Shown: piece after piece, positions 45,397 through 59,300 of the stretch
Position numbering within the stretch: the stretch's first letter is position 1
How the letters are laid out: the number at the start of each line of letters is the position of its first letter
Source of the DNA: Octopus sinensis
Taxonomy: Eukaryota
Assembly: GCF_006345805.1 (NCBI RefSeq)
Contig: NC_043011.1
Location: 65,484,464 to 65,548,463 of the forward strand
Length of the DNA: 64,000 bases
Direction: 5' to 3'
The notes under the pieces: model-generated
The model's database searches: none
Told to the model about the DNA's origin: nothing
What the model saw: only the letters and a program-made list of their open reading frames with translations
Program-made: the position numbers and the translations under genes

Positions 45397-46110
45397 TAGT
45401 TTTATTTTTATAGCGTGCTTTCACTTCACTACCGAGCGCAGCTCTGTGTGCCTTGGGTATGTGCTGTGATTTGTTGTGATGCTCTGATGGTTATTGTATG
45501 GAAAGTGTTCTGCGGAGGATGTGTGCAGTGCCTAGTAGTGCGTTTATATTATTGGGCATTGTCGTGTGGTTTCTATCTACATTTTCCTGGTGTATTTTTT
45601 CTTTTAAATGTTCTATTTCTATTTCTGATATTTTTTTGGCTTTGAGAATGTATCTTCGTACGTTAGCTAATTTATTAGGGTTCATTGCTGTATCCAAGTC
45701 TATATCTCTATTATTTTACTTCCATATTTTATATGTATGTGTTGTTGTATTTTCATTTTGTGGGTAGAGCATTGCTGTGAAGTATGCGTGTAAGATAGAA
45801 ATGTATTCCTCACGTGTCCATTTACGTCTTTTGGGTTTTAATTGCGGGACATGAGGTACAACGTCCGGCCCATTATTTTGACGGTCGTCATTTTCGTAGG
45901 GTACCGGTCCGTTTATTTCTGTTGTCACATTATTTCGCACGTGTAGTTTTTCGTACATTTTTTGTTGTAGGTTTAATGTACGTACCGCTCGATTGTTATT
46001 CTTGGGTTGAATAGTATCGGTGGCATTTAATTTCTTCGTAGTTCCATTGTACCTGGTGTTTGAGGTCGGGGATGATCGTATTGTTCCACGCATGTTTACA
46101 TGTGTTGTGT
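45392..46110 (-). mobile_element. Short internally deleted Dong family C derivative (5' end fused in frame to the last 16 codons and 3' UTR)
   Basis: KRRKWTREEY...NKLANVRR...MPNNIN|ALLGTAHILRRTLSIQ* followed by the family C 3' UTR and (TAA)n; RT and RLE are absent. Confidence 0.85.
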
Positions 46111-46295
46111 TAGAGGTGGAGATAATATCGAGTCAAAATACATCATTTCGTTTCGAAAATAGTAATAAATTTCAATTCGTATTACTTACTCGGATATAGT
46201 CCAAATCTTTGTTAGTAAATCTTTGGCTCCATAGAGTGTCCTTGTTTTCGATGTTTGTGGATAGATTTCGGAGCTCTGTATTTTCCTTCTTACAT

Positions 46296-46374
46296 CTTAA
46301 ACGTCCCCGGTGTCTTCTCTTAAACGTCCCCGGTGTCTTCTCTTAAATGTCCCCGGTGTCTTCTCTTAAACGTC
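46296..46374. repeat. 23-bp tandem repeat, about 3.4 copies (cttaaacgtccccggtgtcttct)
   Basis: Directly visible; one C>T difference in the third unit. Confidence 0.95.
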
Positions 46375-46472
<98 letters not shown>

Positions 46473-47675
46473 TCTTATGTATTTATTCGACTTTGTGTAG
46501 ATTGCAACTTTGCTTTTTTCAGCCTAAGTGGGAAGTTATTAAGGGTTACTTCCCTTCCTTCGTTCGTTCTGTGTTTCTTACTATCATTTGGACCTTCATA
46601 ATTTTGACTATTATGCAAACTATTTGTATTTTACTTACTCCTATTATTATAGAAACATTTTTTTTTCTTTTGTGTTTAGAGCAGATATAATTTTTGCAAT
46701 AACTTTTTGAAATGCAGAAATCCGCCCTGAATTTGTGCGAGTTTATTATTTTGTGGTATTTGTTTCCTTTCAAAATGTTCCAGCATAGCAATAGCCTTGG
46801 ATCGAAACTAACGCTATATACACACACACACACACACAAATGCATATTTGTAGCGCCCTCCTAATTTTCTTTCCGACCGTAACATTCCCATTCCCTATTA
46901 ATTTTGTCTCATTTTCATTATGTTTAGCCCGTTTTGTCATCTTGTCAATGACTACTTTTATTCATGTCACAAATGCAACCAGCGAAGTAGTAACACAGAC
47001 ACAAAAACACGCATACATACACACATATATATTAAGTGAACACAAGTGGCAGAGATTTGCATCTATAAGCCGATACTCTAGAGTTACGAAGGTTTTATTG
47101 ACTTGGACAAAACAAACTTCAGCTGGCCTATCGATGCCTATGTCAAGGCCGAAATTTAATGTATTGCCGGTGTAAAATTTCATCAGCTTAATTTATTTTC
47201 TCGTCTACGTGTATTGTATATTATCATGTAAATATTCTTGCCGGAATTAAATAGAATTGAAACGAAATAGATGTCGTAGAATTTTAACGCTGCTTGCGTT
47301 TCAATTTTTAAGTTGGTCACATCACTGTGTCACTTATAAACCGAATCTTCGTATTTAAATTATCTTTGGTATCTTCGTATTTAAATTATCATTGCTTTTA
47401 ATGCCTGAAATAATTTAGGGGATATCTGATCAGTAATTATGCACTATATTTAGGGATTTTCAGACATTAAACATGAATTGAGACGAAATTATAAATGTCG
47501 AGTACATGAGGAATAATTTATTTAAAAAGTTAAATAATTATATGCATATTTAAAGTTGATATAACCAAACATAAACAATTTGATTAATATTAAATATTTG
47601 TTTTCATTTGTAATCACTGTGTGATATTTGAAATTAAAATTATAGGAAATAGGTAAAACAAATGTACACGTTTAC

Positions 47676-47842
47676 ATTTCAGAGCTGTAGTTCTTCCAAG
47701 CATTGCTGCATTCCAAAGATGCAAGACCGAATAATCGAAAAGATTTAGTCAATAATGCATGCAAACCATCGTTGCAACCATGCATCTATATTAATAATGT
47801 AATAACAAGTGCAGAAAGAATTACTGGTGTGTAAATAACCAC
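47676..47842 (-). CDS. Paralogue B TM-like exon; open except for one TAG at codon 19
   Basis: Acceptor tattcgttttgcag; VVIYTPVILSALVITLLI*MHGCNDGLHALLTKSFRLFGLASLECSNAWKNYSSE; donor AT|gtaaac; 167 nt, phase 0 to 2. Confidence 0.65.
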
Positions 47843-47982
47843 CTGCAAAACGAATAGGAATATATGTTAGACATAAATATTGAAAGTAGTGTCATGAGAA
47901 TGACGGATGTATTCAAATGAGAATATATTTCTATTTATTAAAATTATTGTGTTACACAGTATATCATCGCGAATTAATATTA

Positions 47983-48078
<96 letters not shown>

Positions 48079-48088
48079 ATTATTATTA

Positions 48089-48136
<48 letters not shown>

Positions 48137-49569
48137 TTATTATTATAATTATTATCATTATTATCCTCATCATTATTATTGTTAGTGTGGTTGTTTTTGC
48201 TGTTGTTGTTGTTTTGAAGAAATGAACGAATAACATAAACTAATAAAAACGTCCACCAGAAACATATCAAAGATTTAGAGGAGAACAGAGAGAGAGAGTG
48301 TGTGTGTGTGTTATTGTGTATGTGAAGGGCGAGTCTTTGCTACTCCTCTCTTGGAAAGATAAGGTCAATGTTGAGTTGCAAATATACCCATGTATCGCTG
48401 CTGAGTATATATGAACGTTCCAAAAATTGCGATTAATCTAATGACGTACAGGAGACACGTTTCTGTTAACCTCATGTAGCACCATTAGTTTCTTCACTGG
48501 GTAAAATTATATTAATAGGTATTTCACCTCGACTGTATCTTGATAGACGCATTAACGTAGTTAATATATGTATATCGAAGTGATATAGAATTCCACATCA
48601 TTTTCTATATATTTTTGTAGGACTATCATTAAAGACCATCAATTAAAAATGGATATGTTACAATCAAATTATTTTAATAACCTCATTATTATCAAAGCTG
48701 TTAGACCGTGGTGTCGTTACTGAAACAATATGAAACGGAATTTCTGCATTGAGTCATAGTATTTTAATTATGATTGTTATAACGTATTTTATATGTAAAT
48801 ACAGGAACAGATTGGAAGTGGAATGAATGATAATACAATAAGTGATAGTACAACTACTAACATGAACTCACTTACCTCGTGTCGATTGCCAGCCGTCTAA
48901 AAACCAAAAGTGTTAGGAATATGATTGTGCCACTACAGTGAATCCAATTTAATTTCATATATATATATATCGCACTGAGGACGACACGGGTTCCATCTTA
49001 CAAAGATCGTTATAAATTATACCTTCATTATATTTTTGTGTGATTAATGATGGCTGGCGAGTAGGATTGATCTTCGATGTTACGTTTAAGTAGGAATAAT
49101 TCCATTTGTTTAAATATGATGGAATCAAAACATTATAGCCTGTTAACATTATTTTATCGATTCGGAGACCATTATTTCGAAATCCACTGATAATCCGAAT
49201 ATTGCCAAATCGATGTATTATATTATTTTGCCGCCATCATTATATCATATTATATCATATTATAGTATAATATAGTATAGTATAGTATAGTATAGTATAG
49301 TATAGTATAGTACTGTATAGTATAGTACAGTATAGTATAGTACAGTATAGTATATTATATTTTCAACCGCCATTAATTATTATAGCACTTTTCAAGCTAT
49401 ATTGAGATTAAACATCAACGAGTGGCTTCCGTTGAGTTACATTTAATAAATCAAATAAAATTTGCTTGAATCGAGACACTTTCCTCCCAATAAAATGAGA
49501 ATTATAAAAAAAGTTAACTTAAAGCATCTTGCTTCAATTGAAGGCACAAACAAAATAAAACATTCATTA

Positions 49570-50075
49570 CTTGTACTTGTGGCGGCATTCACCCTGGTTG
49601 GGTTGAGTCGGCTTCTTCTACCACCCTCGAGGCGTCTCGAACCATGGCAGCCCACGCACGACGGTCCTGCGCCAGTTCACTAGAGATAGCGAACCAGTCA
49701 CGATTACATTGGCGCAGGCCAGCCACATGTTTCTCCGTGAGCACAGTGAGGTCCTCCTTGATCGTCGTAACCCAGGTCTTCAGCTGCCCGCCCGCGCGTT
49801 TCCGCCAGTTGGTAAGTGGAGTTGGGAGAAAGACATCACGCTCAGTTCATCCACCGGACGCCTACATGCATGGCCAAACCACCATGGGACAGATGGAAGG
49901 GGCCGCAGAGATAGGCGAAGTCGGAGATTGGCAGTGGGAACTCGATCAACCCGATGGCAGTGAAGAATGCACCTGAGGCAGTCATTGTGGAAGACTTCCA
50001 GCCTTCATTGATCGACCACCCGCATAGGCCACGTTTCACAGCCATAGAGAAGTACTGTACGAATGGCGGCCTTAT
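49570..50075 (-). mobile_element. RTE-clade LINE 3' fragment (GC-rich; a different family from 6110-8948)
   Basis: WFGHACRRP...WRKRAGGQLKTWVTTIKEDL...AQDRRAWAAMVRDA; (CAAGTA)n tail. Confidence 0.85.
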
Positions 50076-50543
50076 ATATTCGCCCTTTGGTCACCTATAA
50101 GATCTCTCTTTGATCCCACAGACATAAACCATAGGTCACACTCGAACAACTTTTAAACATATTAGTAACTTCTGCAACTTAATTTGCTGCGAGAGAATTC
50201 ATTGAAAAACGGGAATTGAAAATATTTTTGAATTGTTATGATTATGTATAATTGACAGCGTAACATGTTTATTGAAAATCTGACTTCCTCGCACATAGTC
50301 ATTATAATTAGTGTAGAATATGTCTAAAAATTCTTTCACTCTTTCAGTTTTTTACTTGTTTTAGTCATTAGAATGTGGTCATGCAGGATCACTGCTTTTA
50401 AGAGGGATAAATCGACTGCGGGAAATATTCTTTGTACGCTTAGTACTTATTCTCACGGCGACTTTTAACATACCTCTATATTACAGGGATGTAAACACAC
50501 CAACATCGGTTGTCACGCGATGGGGTTTCAACAAGCACAGACA

Positions 50544-50579
<36 letters not shown>

Positions 50580-50584
50580 TACAC

Positions 50585-50624
<40 letters not shown>

Positions 50625-51114
50625 ACATTGTATATATATATTTATTTAATCGACAAACTTCTCTCAGTTTCCATCTACCAAATCCACTCACAAGGTTTTG
50701 GTCGGCCCAAGCCTATGCTATAGTAGAAGACTGAACCCGTAACCATGTTTTTTGGAAGCCACTCCTGCATTTATATATCTATGATACTTTTATTCACAAC
50801 ATCTGTCGGTTAATAATCGTTCTATCTATGAACGTTCACCTTATATTTAGCCATACAACAATATTCATGCATAAGCCGTACAGTTGGTATCGGTGCTAGA
50901 TTGAGGCAAGTTTATATCAGCATCATGTTAAAGCCTTCGGCTGCTATATTTCCTAAGTAAAAGCAGTACTTGTCGTAGCCAAACGACTTTCCAATGTCAG
51001 TTTTTAGATACAATATAACAGTGTCTTTTTTCTGAAAGAATGCTTTCTATGAGGGAGATCAAAATTTAATTTAAGTATCCATGACAAATACAATAGGAGT
51101 TACAAATAACTTAC

Positions 51115-51199
51115 ACTACACGCGTGATAGTCTTTCAATATGTCGTAACATTTCGGGTCGATTCTAGGTGTCAAACATCGGAATAAGGGTTTGTAGCTC
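51115..51199 (-). CDS. Intact 85-nt exon of paralogue B (SYKPLFRCLTPRIDPKCYDILKDYHACS)
   Basis: Acceptor tttggtccttccag, donor GTAAGTT; synonymous differences from copy A (TTA/TTG, TGC/TGT, TCC/AGT). Confidence 0.8.
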
Positions 51200-51559
51200 C
51201 TGGAAGGACCAAACATAACTGAGAACTTCATTGAGAAAAAATCAAGGAACACAAATATTCATGTAAATTCAATTCGATGTCCCTGAAATTCACAATCGTT
51301 AGTAAGACAGCAATATCTCTACTCCTCTTTCGTTGCCGTATCCACACCTCACACTCGCATAGAAACATGCAAACACACCAACACATACACGAACACACAC
51401 ATTAAGATAGATACGCCATTTCCATAGTGTATAGATTTACATTCTTACCAACTAGCTTTTTCTATTTTCTTTTCATGCAAGGTGGCTAAATTATAGCTAA
51501 TAGCTACCTTCTTCGGACGCCGTCAAGTGAACAATACTATCTTTGTCGTCCTGAATTTA

Positions 51560-51800
51560 TTGCGATGTTTGGATGATGACGGATTACGAGTGTGTTTGAG
51601 TGTGGGGAGGCATGTTCACTTGTTGTTTGTGAATTTCCTTTTGCTCCTTTGTACAGTTATTATGTTATATATAGGAAGTGTTTACGACAAAAACCCCAAA
51701 AGACGAAGACATGTGGTGTACAAAACAAACAGATGTATTAGTATAACGCTCAGAAATAGAAAAAGTATTTTACGTTTCGAGCCTACGCTCTTCTATAAAA
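51560..51800 (-). mobile_element. Short Penelope pLTR-derived element with hammerhead remnant
   Basis: Minus strand TTATAGA-A-GAGC-GTAG-GCTC-GAAA-CGTA-AAA; homologous to 21680-21790. Confidence 0.6.
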
Positions 51801-51850
51801 GGGACACAGAAAAACAAGGAGAGAAACAACGAGAAAAAAAAATATAAATA

Positions 51851-53647
51851 CAATTCACATTCGAAAATCTAGTTCCTTCAGATATCCGGCATGGATTTCA
51901 GAATGCATTTTCAAATTTATCATGTGCTGCGCCATTGCTATCTGGAGGACACCCTTTATATTTTGATGTTCATTCCTCATTATTTTATTATTTTATTCTG
52001 GCTGTATAGACCCGTCATGTATTCAGTACAGAAAGCGGTCGCATAAGACATAAACATCGTGCGTTGTCGATCGCAGAGAAATTGGAAATGCTAAATGAAA
52101 CTTAATGGTAGCGTGTTTGTGCCAACCATTTGTGAAACATACGACATTGGCTCTTGAATAGTGCAAGATATTAAAAAACAGAGAGAAAAACCACTGACGT
52201 TCTTTTCTGTCAATAGATAAAAAAATCAAATGTGTGTAAGGCAATGACAGAGGGAAAGAGTTCAGAACTGCAACAAGTTCTCAAAACCCGGTTTAATCTT
52301 CGTGTTAGTGACGGTGCGTGGTTAAGGCATTAAGCTCATGAGCGCAGGTTGTGAGTTCGATTCCCGGCGACTCGTTGTGTCCTTGAGCAAGACACGTCGC
52401 TCCAGTCCACTCAGCTGTCAGAAAGGAGTAGTACCTGTATTTCAAAAAAGGTCCATGCTTGTCACAATCTGAGACCAACAGAAACTCGCTGCGAACTACG
52501 TTAAGTGCACACGTTTCTGTGGAATCCTCAGCCACTTACATGTAAATTTCACGAGCAAGAGGTTCCGTTGATCGTATCAGCTGGGACCCTTGTCGTCATA
52601 ACCGACGGAGTGTTCCTTGAAGTGATGGTATGAACATTTCTGGTGTTTGATGAAGAGCTGCGATTGCAACAGCCTCGATATGGCTTACAGTTTCGTGCGG
52701 CGTGTGATGAAAAAACGTTCAGCAGACAGTGATGGCTCTAGTGCATATATAGATAAACTTGCAAAGTTTGTGATGAATGTATAACACCTGAACGAGAGTA
52801 CAATGCTGAAGAGACAGCCTTGTTTTGGAGATGTGCGCGAAAAAAAACTATGACAATCGAGAATGCAGAATCGCCATCGGGATTTATTTCTTCGAATGAT
52901 TGCGTCACTGTAATATGCTGCTCTTATGTTGCAGGTACCCATAGATGTAAGTTTCTTGTTATCGGGAAAAGTTTACGTGGGAATGACATAGTTTCTTGTC
53001 CATTACCGTACCAACAAGAAGTAGTGGGTTACAACTGAGATTACATTAGATATGGTTCAAATATATTTTGCTCTTGAGGCTAGGGATCAGTGTAACCCGT
53101 TTGGACTGGACCCTAAATGCAAGATACTTGTTATTTTAGACAATTGTTCGTCACATCCAAAAGCCGATCTTTTAGTGAAAGATAATGTTTTGTTGGTTGT
53201 TTACCTTCCATCCAACTGCACTTCTCTAATTCAACCACAGGACGATGATATTATACGTTCGACTAAGTGCAAGCATCTATCCCTGTTATTGTTGCGTCTA
53301 GTGAGTTCAGTTAATTCAGGAAACTCTGCATAGAAGTTCGTAAAATAACTCAATGTTAAGATTGCAGTGTACTGTACTGCCTAGTCATGGATGTCTTAAA
53401 ACATCAACAATGAAAAATGGATGGCATAACTTTTGCCCAAGTTTAATACGTACTTCTTATTGTAAGAAAGGCACTGAAAATAATTTTGGAGGGTTTAGGG
53501 TTTTCAAAGGTAAGCAGCTTATAGAGGAACTTGTTGCTTATGTTGAAAATTTAACTAATCCTGATGTCAAGGAGATTTCCGCAAGGATAAATGAAGAGAA
53601 GTTTTAACAGAATGGACGGATGATGATGATGATGATGATGATGGTGG

Positions 53648-53681
<34 letters not shown>

Positions 53682-54493
53682 AATGTGCCTACACTGCTTC
53701 TGAAATTGTAAATATGGTTAAAGTCTGCATAGAAATGCTTGCACATGTAGTGATGAAGATGAAAGCAGTGATAAAAATGAGGAAGATGTGACAAAAATTC
53801 TCTATTGACAGATTAATTACGTTGGCAACTGAATTGATGGCTGGAAGAGAGGAACGAAGTTTTCTAAGTGAATAACGAATCATGAATGATTATTTATTCC
53901 AAGTTAAACTTATTACAGAAAGATCCAAGTATGCGAAACAACAGACGCTGCCCGATATATTCAAGAAAATACCTAGGAAGCAGGAAGAAGCAGTAGCAGT
54001 GTCCACACTGAATAATTCACACCCATCAACAATTCCCCCACAGGTTGAAGCTCTTCATGTTGCTGCTCTTCATGTTGTTGTCACTGTCAGTGATAAAGAT
54101 GGTGACCCTGGCCGCCCATCTGCCATTTAGATTCTTGTCGAGGGTGCATTAATGATTAAAACTTTAAGAGACTATATCATTTCGTTGAATTAAAATTCAA
54201 TTTTAATTATTTGAATTAAAACTTACTTGAATTAAAATTATTTGAAATTAAAATACTGATCATCTGTTGTATTTAGTTGAATTAAAATATTATAGATCTA
54301 TTTTATTTCTTTACTGAACATTAAAATTTCATTTGATTTTCATTTAGCGTTTAATTCTCTTTCTTTAAAGGACCGTACAGATAGTAATTGTCATTTATAT
54401 ATACAGAGCATATATAACCGTAAATATCCGGCACTTTTGGAACCCCGGCTCTCCTCAGGTCCGGATGTTGACAGATTTTGGAATGCCAACCTG
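51851..54493 (+). mobile_element. Tigger/pogo DNA transposon, decayed full length, with TA target duplication
   Basis: CENP-B-type HTH (RHKHRALSIAEKLEML); DDE_1 motifs (YNAEETALFW, ILDNCSSHP, LPSNCTSLIQPQD); imperfect TIRs TA-caattcacattcgaaaatct / agattttggaatgccaacctg-TA. Confidence 0.88.
52310..52617 (+). mobile_element. tRNA-derived SINE (second family) inserted in the Tigger transposase
   Basis: A-box-like GTGGTTAAGG, B-box GTTCGATTCC, TGTGTCCTTGAGCAAGACAC central domain; gacgg at both ends. Confidence 0.85.
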
Positions 54494-54961
54494 TATATAA
54501 GGGTAAAGATCCAAGGACTGAAATGAAGGAGGTTAGTAGGCTTTAAGCACTCAGTGGCAGGAACACAAGGCAAAATCTGGAATGTTTGCATTCACAGACA
54601 CTAATAATATACTTCCGTTGAAGGTAATACACTTTTTCCAATACCGAAGTTACGAGGAATTTCGATAAGTTTAATGTTATAGCTCGTATTTGGCAAATAT
54701 GAGAGTGTACATAAATCCATGTCAAAGGAGTGGAACAAGTAAAACCTAAGATACATAGGTTTGCTTGTTAGCAGATCCTCTGATGTAATAATTATTCAAC
54801 GATTGGTTCTCATCAAGCTTGGCTCAGGCCGAGGCTACATTAAATTGTCGTTTTTTAATCTCAAGTCGACAAATACATAATCAGCTATGAATTTGTGTGT
54901 AAATCAAATATATATATGTATATGCTTCTTGGGGTAATTATGCTTTATATGTCTTTGCGCT

Positions 54962-55100
<139 letters not shown>

Positions 55101-55709
55101 ATAATTATCATAGTTTTTGTATAATACATACTTGCAGTCATTATCTTCCATATGCATTCTTAATTGAGCTTCGCAAATTTTTTCTGCTACCCTCTCGCAA
55201 CTCTCCCAAGTGCCTGAGCTGGCCGAGGTTGCTCGATCTGTAATATAAAAGAAACATAATTTTTGTCTATGTAATTGAACAATTCCATAACCATAGGAAA
55301 CTATTTGAAAGACTTAATTCATTTCTTTAACCATTAGACACAACAGGTAAGCCAAATTTTTTAGTGTGGAAACGGAGTTTGCGTCATAAAATTTCTGCAT
55401 AAATCCACCAAAAATTGCCGAAGTAGATGCCTGTCAAATACTTGACTTGGATTATTTTGGGTCACATTTTCGATTTCTCGAACGTAGAAGTTATATTTTT
55501 CATGCTCGTTCAGATACATTGTATAATTCGACAACGGCTTGATCCAGCCGCACATTCTTAGTATTATAATAACGAAACAGTCTACTTTATCAATGAAACC
55601 ATCTTGATAACATCCAGCCCATGCCACTTTTAGAGTTATTCAAGTTTCCAGTTCAAATATCAACCGGAATTTAATTTATTGTTGATTCTCTTTCATAGTA
55701 ATAGCTATA

Positions 55710-56251
55710 TATTGGATTTTCTGGAAAGTTTGTGCCGATTTTTAAAGGAAAGACAAATGTCAATAAATACTTGACATTACATTTTAAATCAACCAAATAG
55801 GAACTATTTTGTTGCACAATGCGTCTCCATCTTTCCTTTAACTTGAAAATACCCTCTTCCCAGAATTGAATTGGTTTCATGGCAAGCAATTAGTCAAGGT
55901 ATCGTTTTGCCTCATCCAAGGAATTGAAAGTTTTTACCATTAAGACTATTCTGCGGAGACCTGAATAAGTGGTAATCCGAAGGAGCAATATCTGGTGAAT
56001 ATGGAGGGCGGGGTAACACATCTCAGCCGAAAATCAAGTGTCGAAAAGGAACTTTCTTATCTTCCATTTAAAAGGGTTACAGAATTAACACAGATTATAG
56101 GAACATAAACTTTCTTCCACGAAAACATACCTTATACGCTGCTCTAAGAGGAGACGCAGTCACATCCTATTTTATGGACTCAAACATGTTCTAAAATAAG
56201 CCGAAAACTAGGCAACTATAAATCAGCACGAACTTTCCGGACAACCCAATA
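55710..56251 (-). mobile_element. Internally deleted mariner (542 bp) with both TIRs and TA duplication
   Basis: TIRs tattggattttctggaaagtttgtgc / gcacgaactttccggacaacccaata; PPYSPDIAPSDYHLF and GIFKLKERWRRIV motifs; absent from the aligned site in copy A. Confidence 0.93.
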
Positions 56252-58612
56252 TATTCAGAAAGTTATAGCTATAAATTTTGCATAATATGAGTCATGTAAA
56301 TATTTGGAATTTTGTTCTTTTAAAGGGGGAATATATTCTTAATAGGATGTGTGCGATTTTCAGAAATGTATGCAGTAATAGGTGCTGTTTTGAAAAGCAT
56401 TCACAAAATGTAATTCAAAATATGCTTTTTGCATAATTTAGGATCAATTGAAATTTGATAATATATATTTAACCTTAGCCCATGTGTGTGCACGGGCGAA
56501 TGTAAGTTTGTGTATGTGTGTATGTTTGTTTGTGTGTGTGAGTATTTGTGTGTTTAAGAAGCAACCGAAATACATAATCTTTACATTGTATTTGGTGTTC
56601 GTCTAGAATGAATAAACAGAAAGCCATTGCTGTTATCTCTGTTAATAAAATCCAGTTTAATCCTAACTCACTTCTGAATTTGATTTGCTTTTGCTCTTAA
56701 GAATACAGTAATATCTCGCCATATCGCGGTTCACTCACCGTGTTTTATTATTTATGCTTAAGTCGATCCCTCCCTGGTGTTGTTATATATGCATTTATAA
56801 GAAAATAATTATATACAAATTATAAAAGCCATAATCAATATACCGCACAGTACTGTTTCTACTTGGTAGATTTTCACCTATTGCAAAGTCGAAGGATTAC
56901 TGTACATCATAAGAGCTTGATGCATAACAATAAAGGTCGTGATGTTAGAGTATACACTTGCAATATATTTTTTATTTTATTTTTCGCAGGAATATAAACA
57001 TTTTGATAATCTTCAGTGTTCTGCCCAGCGTTATAGATCTGTGAGAGCCTAACATTTATGTGGCATCGTATCAAACATCTGGATTATACTTTTAAATTAT
57101 TCCTTTATTTATTTACTCATTTATTTATTTATTGCTTGAACCTCCCAAGGATTTACAATCCTGAATGCATTTGAGATGTTTTTCGAGACATTCATCCTGA
57201 AGGTGTTGTCTTAATTTTTCAACTCACCTGTTAATAACTCCAATTGCAAACTGCATTTTCCTCGTTTGTATAAATGACTCCTATTTTGGAAATTATCGCT
57301 TTGCTACCTCTCACTACTGAAATATATTTCTACATTTTACTATCGATGTTTGTCGAAATTCTACATTTCAACAGGTATTTTTTCATTGGATATCACTCCA
57401 ACATGTTGCAAGTATTTTCAAAGAATTTGTGTTTGCGGTTAATTCTAAAGACTACGATTCACTTTTTTAGTATTTCAATATTAATTATTTTTCTTTTCAA
57501 TCATTTGCTGCCAACCTTATCTTAGATGCTTCAAAGAAGATTCCTTTAAGTCATTTAGGCATTTGACAGACTATATAATAGCGAGCACGTGAACTCTTGT
57601 GAATTATCCGGCTATTATAATCATTTGTGTGTTATGCTGGTTTCAAACTGTAGCCATGACAACTGACCAGGATTTCCCAAATCCAGCAGGTATAAGAGCG
57701 GTGAGGAAATTGATGCGTGCCTATTACTCTGCCTAAATAATATTTACAGCGATTGTATTTTCAGCGTGTCAAACTGGCATAATGAACTCAGTCGAAGTGT
57801 ATGAACAGAAGAAATATAAATAAAACTGATGAAATTGCCTTCTTGGCAGGTGCCAACGAAAATGTCTTATAACAGTGAAAAATGCCGAGATATTTCAAAG
57901 ATATTTGTTAGGAATAAAAACAGAAAACAGAATGATATAATGAGGAAGAAAGACAGAATATTAAACAATTACAAATAGCATTCTTATATTTAGGACGAGA
58001 AATATATTAAAATGAATGCTATCAAGAAAATTACAAACAAGGTAAAAGGACTTGTTTAAGAATGAAGGATATCCTTACAGCCAATCACATTACATTGCAT
58101 CTGAAATTGATTCTGGGAAGTGTGATATTATGCCAGTTGTCCTCTATGAGTAAGAAACTTTAAAATGAAAGCGGCGATCCGAAAAAGAGATAAATATAAA
58201 TAAGATGATATTTCACAAACTGGGCTCAAATAGCTGAAAGGACGGAGTAAGAAATGCTATAAAGCGGGAAAACTGAAATTAAAATGCCACAGATTAACGA
58301 GAACCAACGATGCGAATCTATACTTAAGACACACAAAGGTAGTGGGGTCAGCGTCATATGAATTGTTGGTGGAAGAAGAAAAAAGAATGCGACAAATACG
58401 TTTGTGAATTTATGACGTTGAAGAATGTAGTGGAAGCATTATCGCGGTTGCTTGGTAGACTATGTCTTCGAAGAACGACTATGAGGTTAATGGAGGGTAT
58501 TGGGAATCTGAGCCCTCAGAACAAACAAAACACCCACCCAACCACACACACAATCACAAACATATATAAGAAGACACCTCGAACCAGTCAAACAGATAGA
58601 CAGACACATACA

Positions 58613-58689
<77 letters not shown>

Positions 58690-58906
58690 ATAACACATTG
58701 ATTGTTTCTTGTCAGGAACAAAAAGATTAATAGGACTGCTATAGAAGTGCTCTATTGAAAGAAACAAAAATATTAAACTAAAGTTATTGAACAAACAAAT
58801 GCAAGGTCATCCGCATAACATTTCATAATTCGAACATTTAATCATAGAATATACATATAAACATCCCGCAAGATGGAACATAATTCATCTGTACAAGCAT
58901 ACAAGC

Positions 58907-58909
<3 letters not shown>

Positions 58910-58970
<61 letters not shown>

Positions 58971-59016
58971 CATAATGATGATGATGATGATGATGCTGAT
59001 GATGATGATGATTATA

Positions 59017-59051
<35 letters not shown>

Positions 59052-59082
59052 CATAATAATAATAATAATAATAATAATCATA

Positions 59083-59115
<33 letters not shown>

Positions 59116-59222
59116 ATAATAATAATAATAATAACAACAACAACAACAACAACGAAAACAACAACAACAACAAAAACAAAAACAACAAAAACAAAAACAA
59201 CAACAACGAAAACAACAACAAC

Positions 59223-59263
<41 letters not shown>

Positions 59264-59264
59264 T

Positions 59265-59299
<35 letters not shown>

Positions 59300-59300
59300 C
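58910..59300. repeat. Compound trinucleotide array (TAA)n/(TGA)n/(CAA)n
   Basis: Directly visible. Confidence 0.95.

Noticed and set aside
46296-46374. CRISPR-like repeat
   Set aside because: The units are contiguous with no spacers, and the context is eukaryotic.
52310-52390. tRNA gene
   Set aside because: A and B boxes are present, but there is no complete cloverleaf and it continues into a SINE body.
57570-57700. Apparent TATA box plus signal peptide on the plus strand (also at 24555-24690)
   Set aside because: No ATG in either copy; all conserved splice sites and synonymous bias point to the minus strand, so this is an antisense shadow.
58230-58540. Purine-rich coding-like stretch (ORF 58358-58693)
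   Set aside because: No recognisable motif, stops in all frames and no paralogue in the window, so it cannot be supported as a feature.
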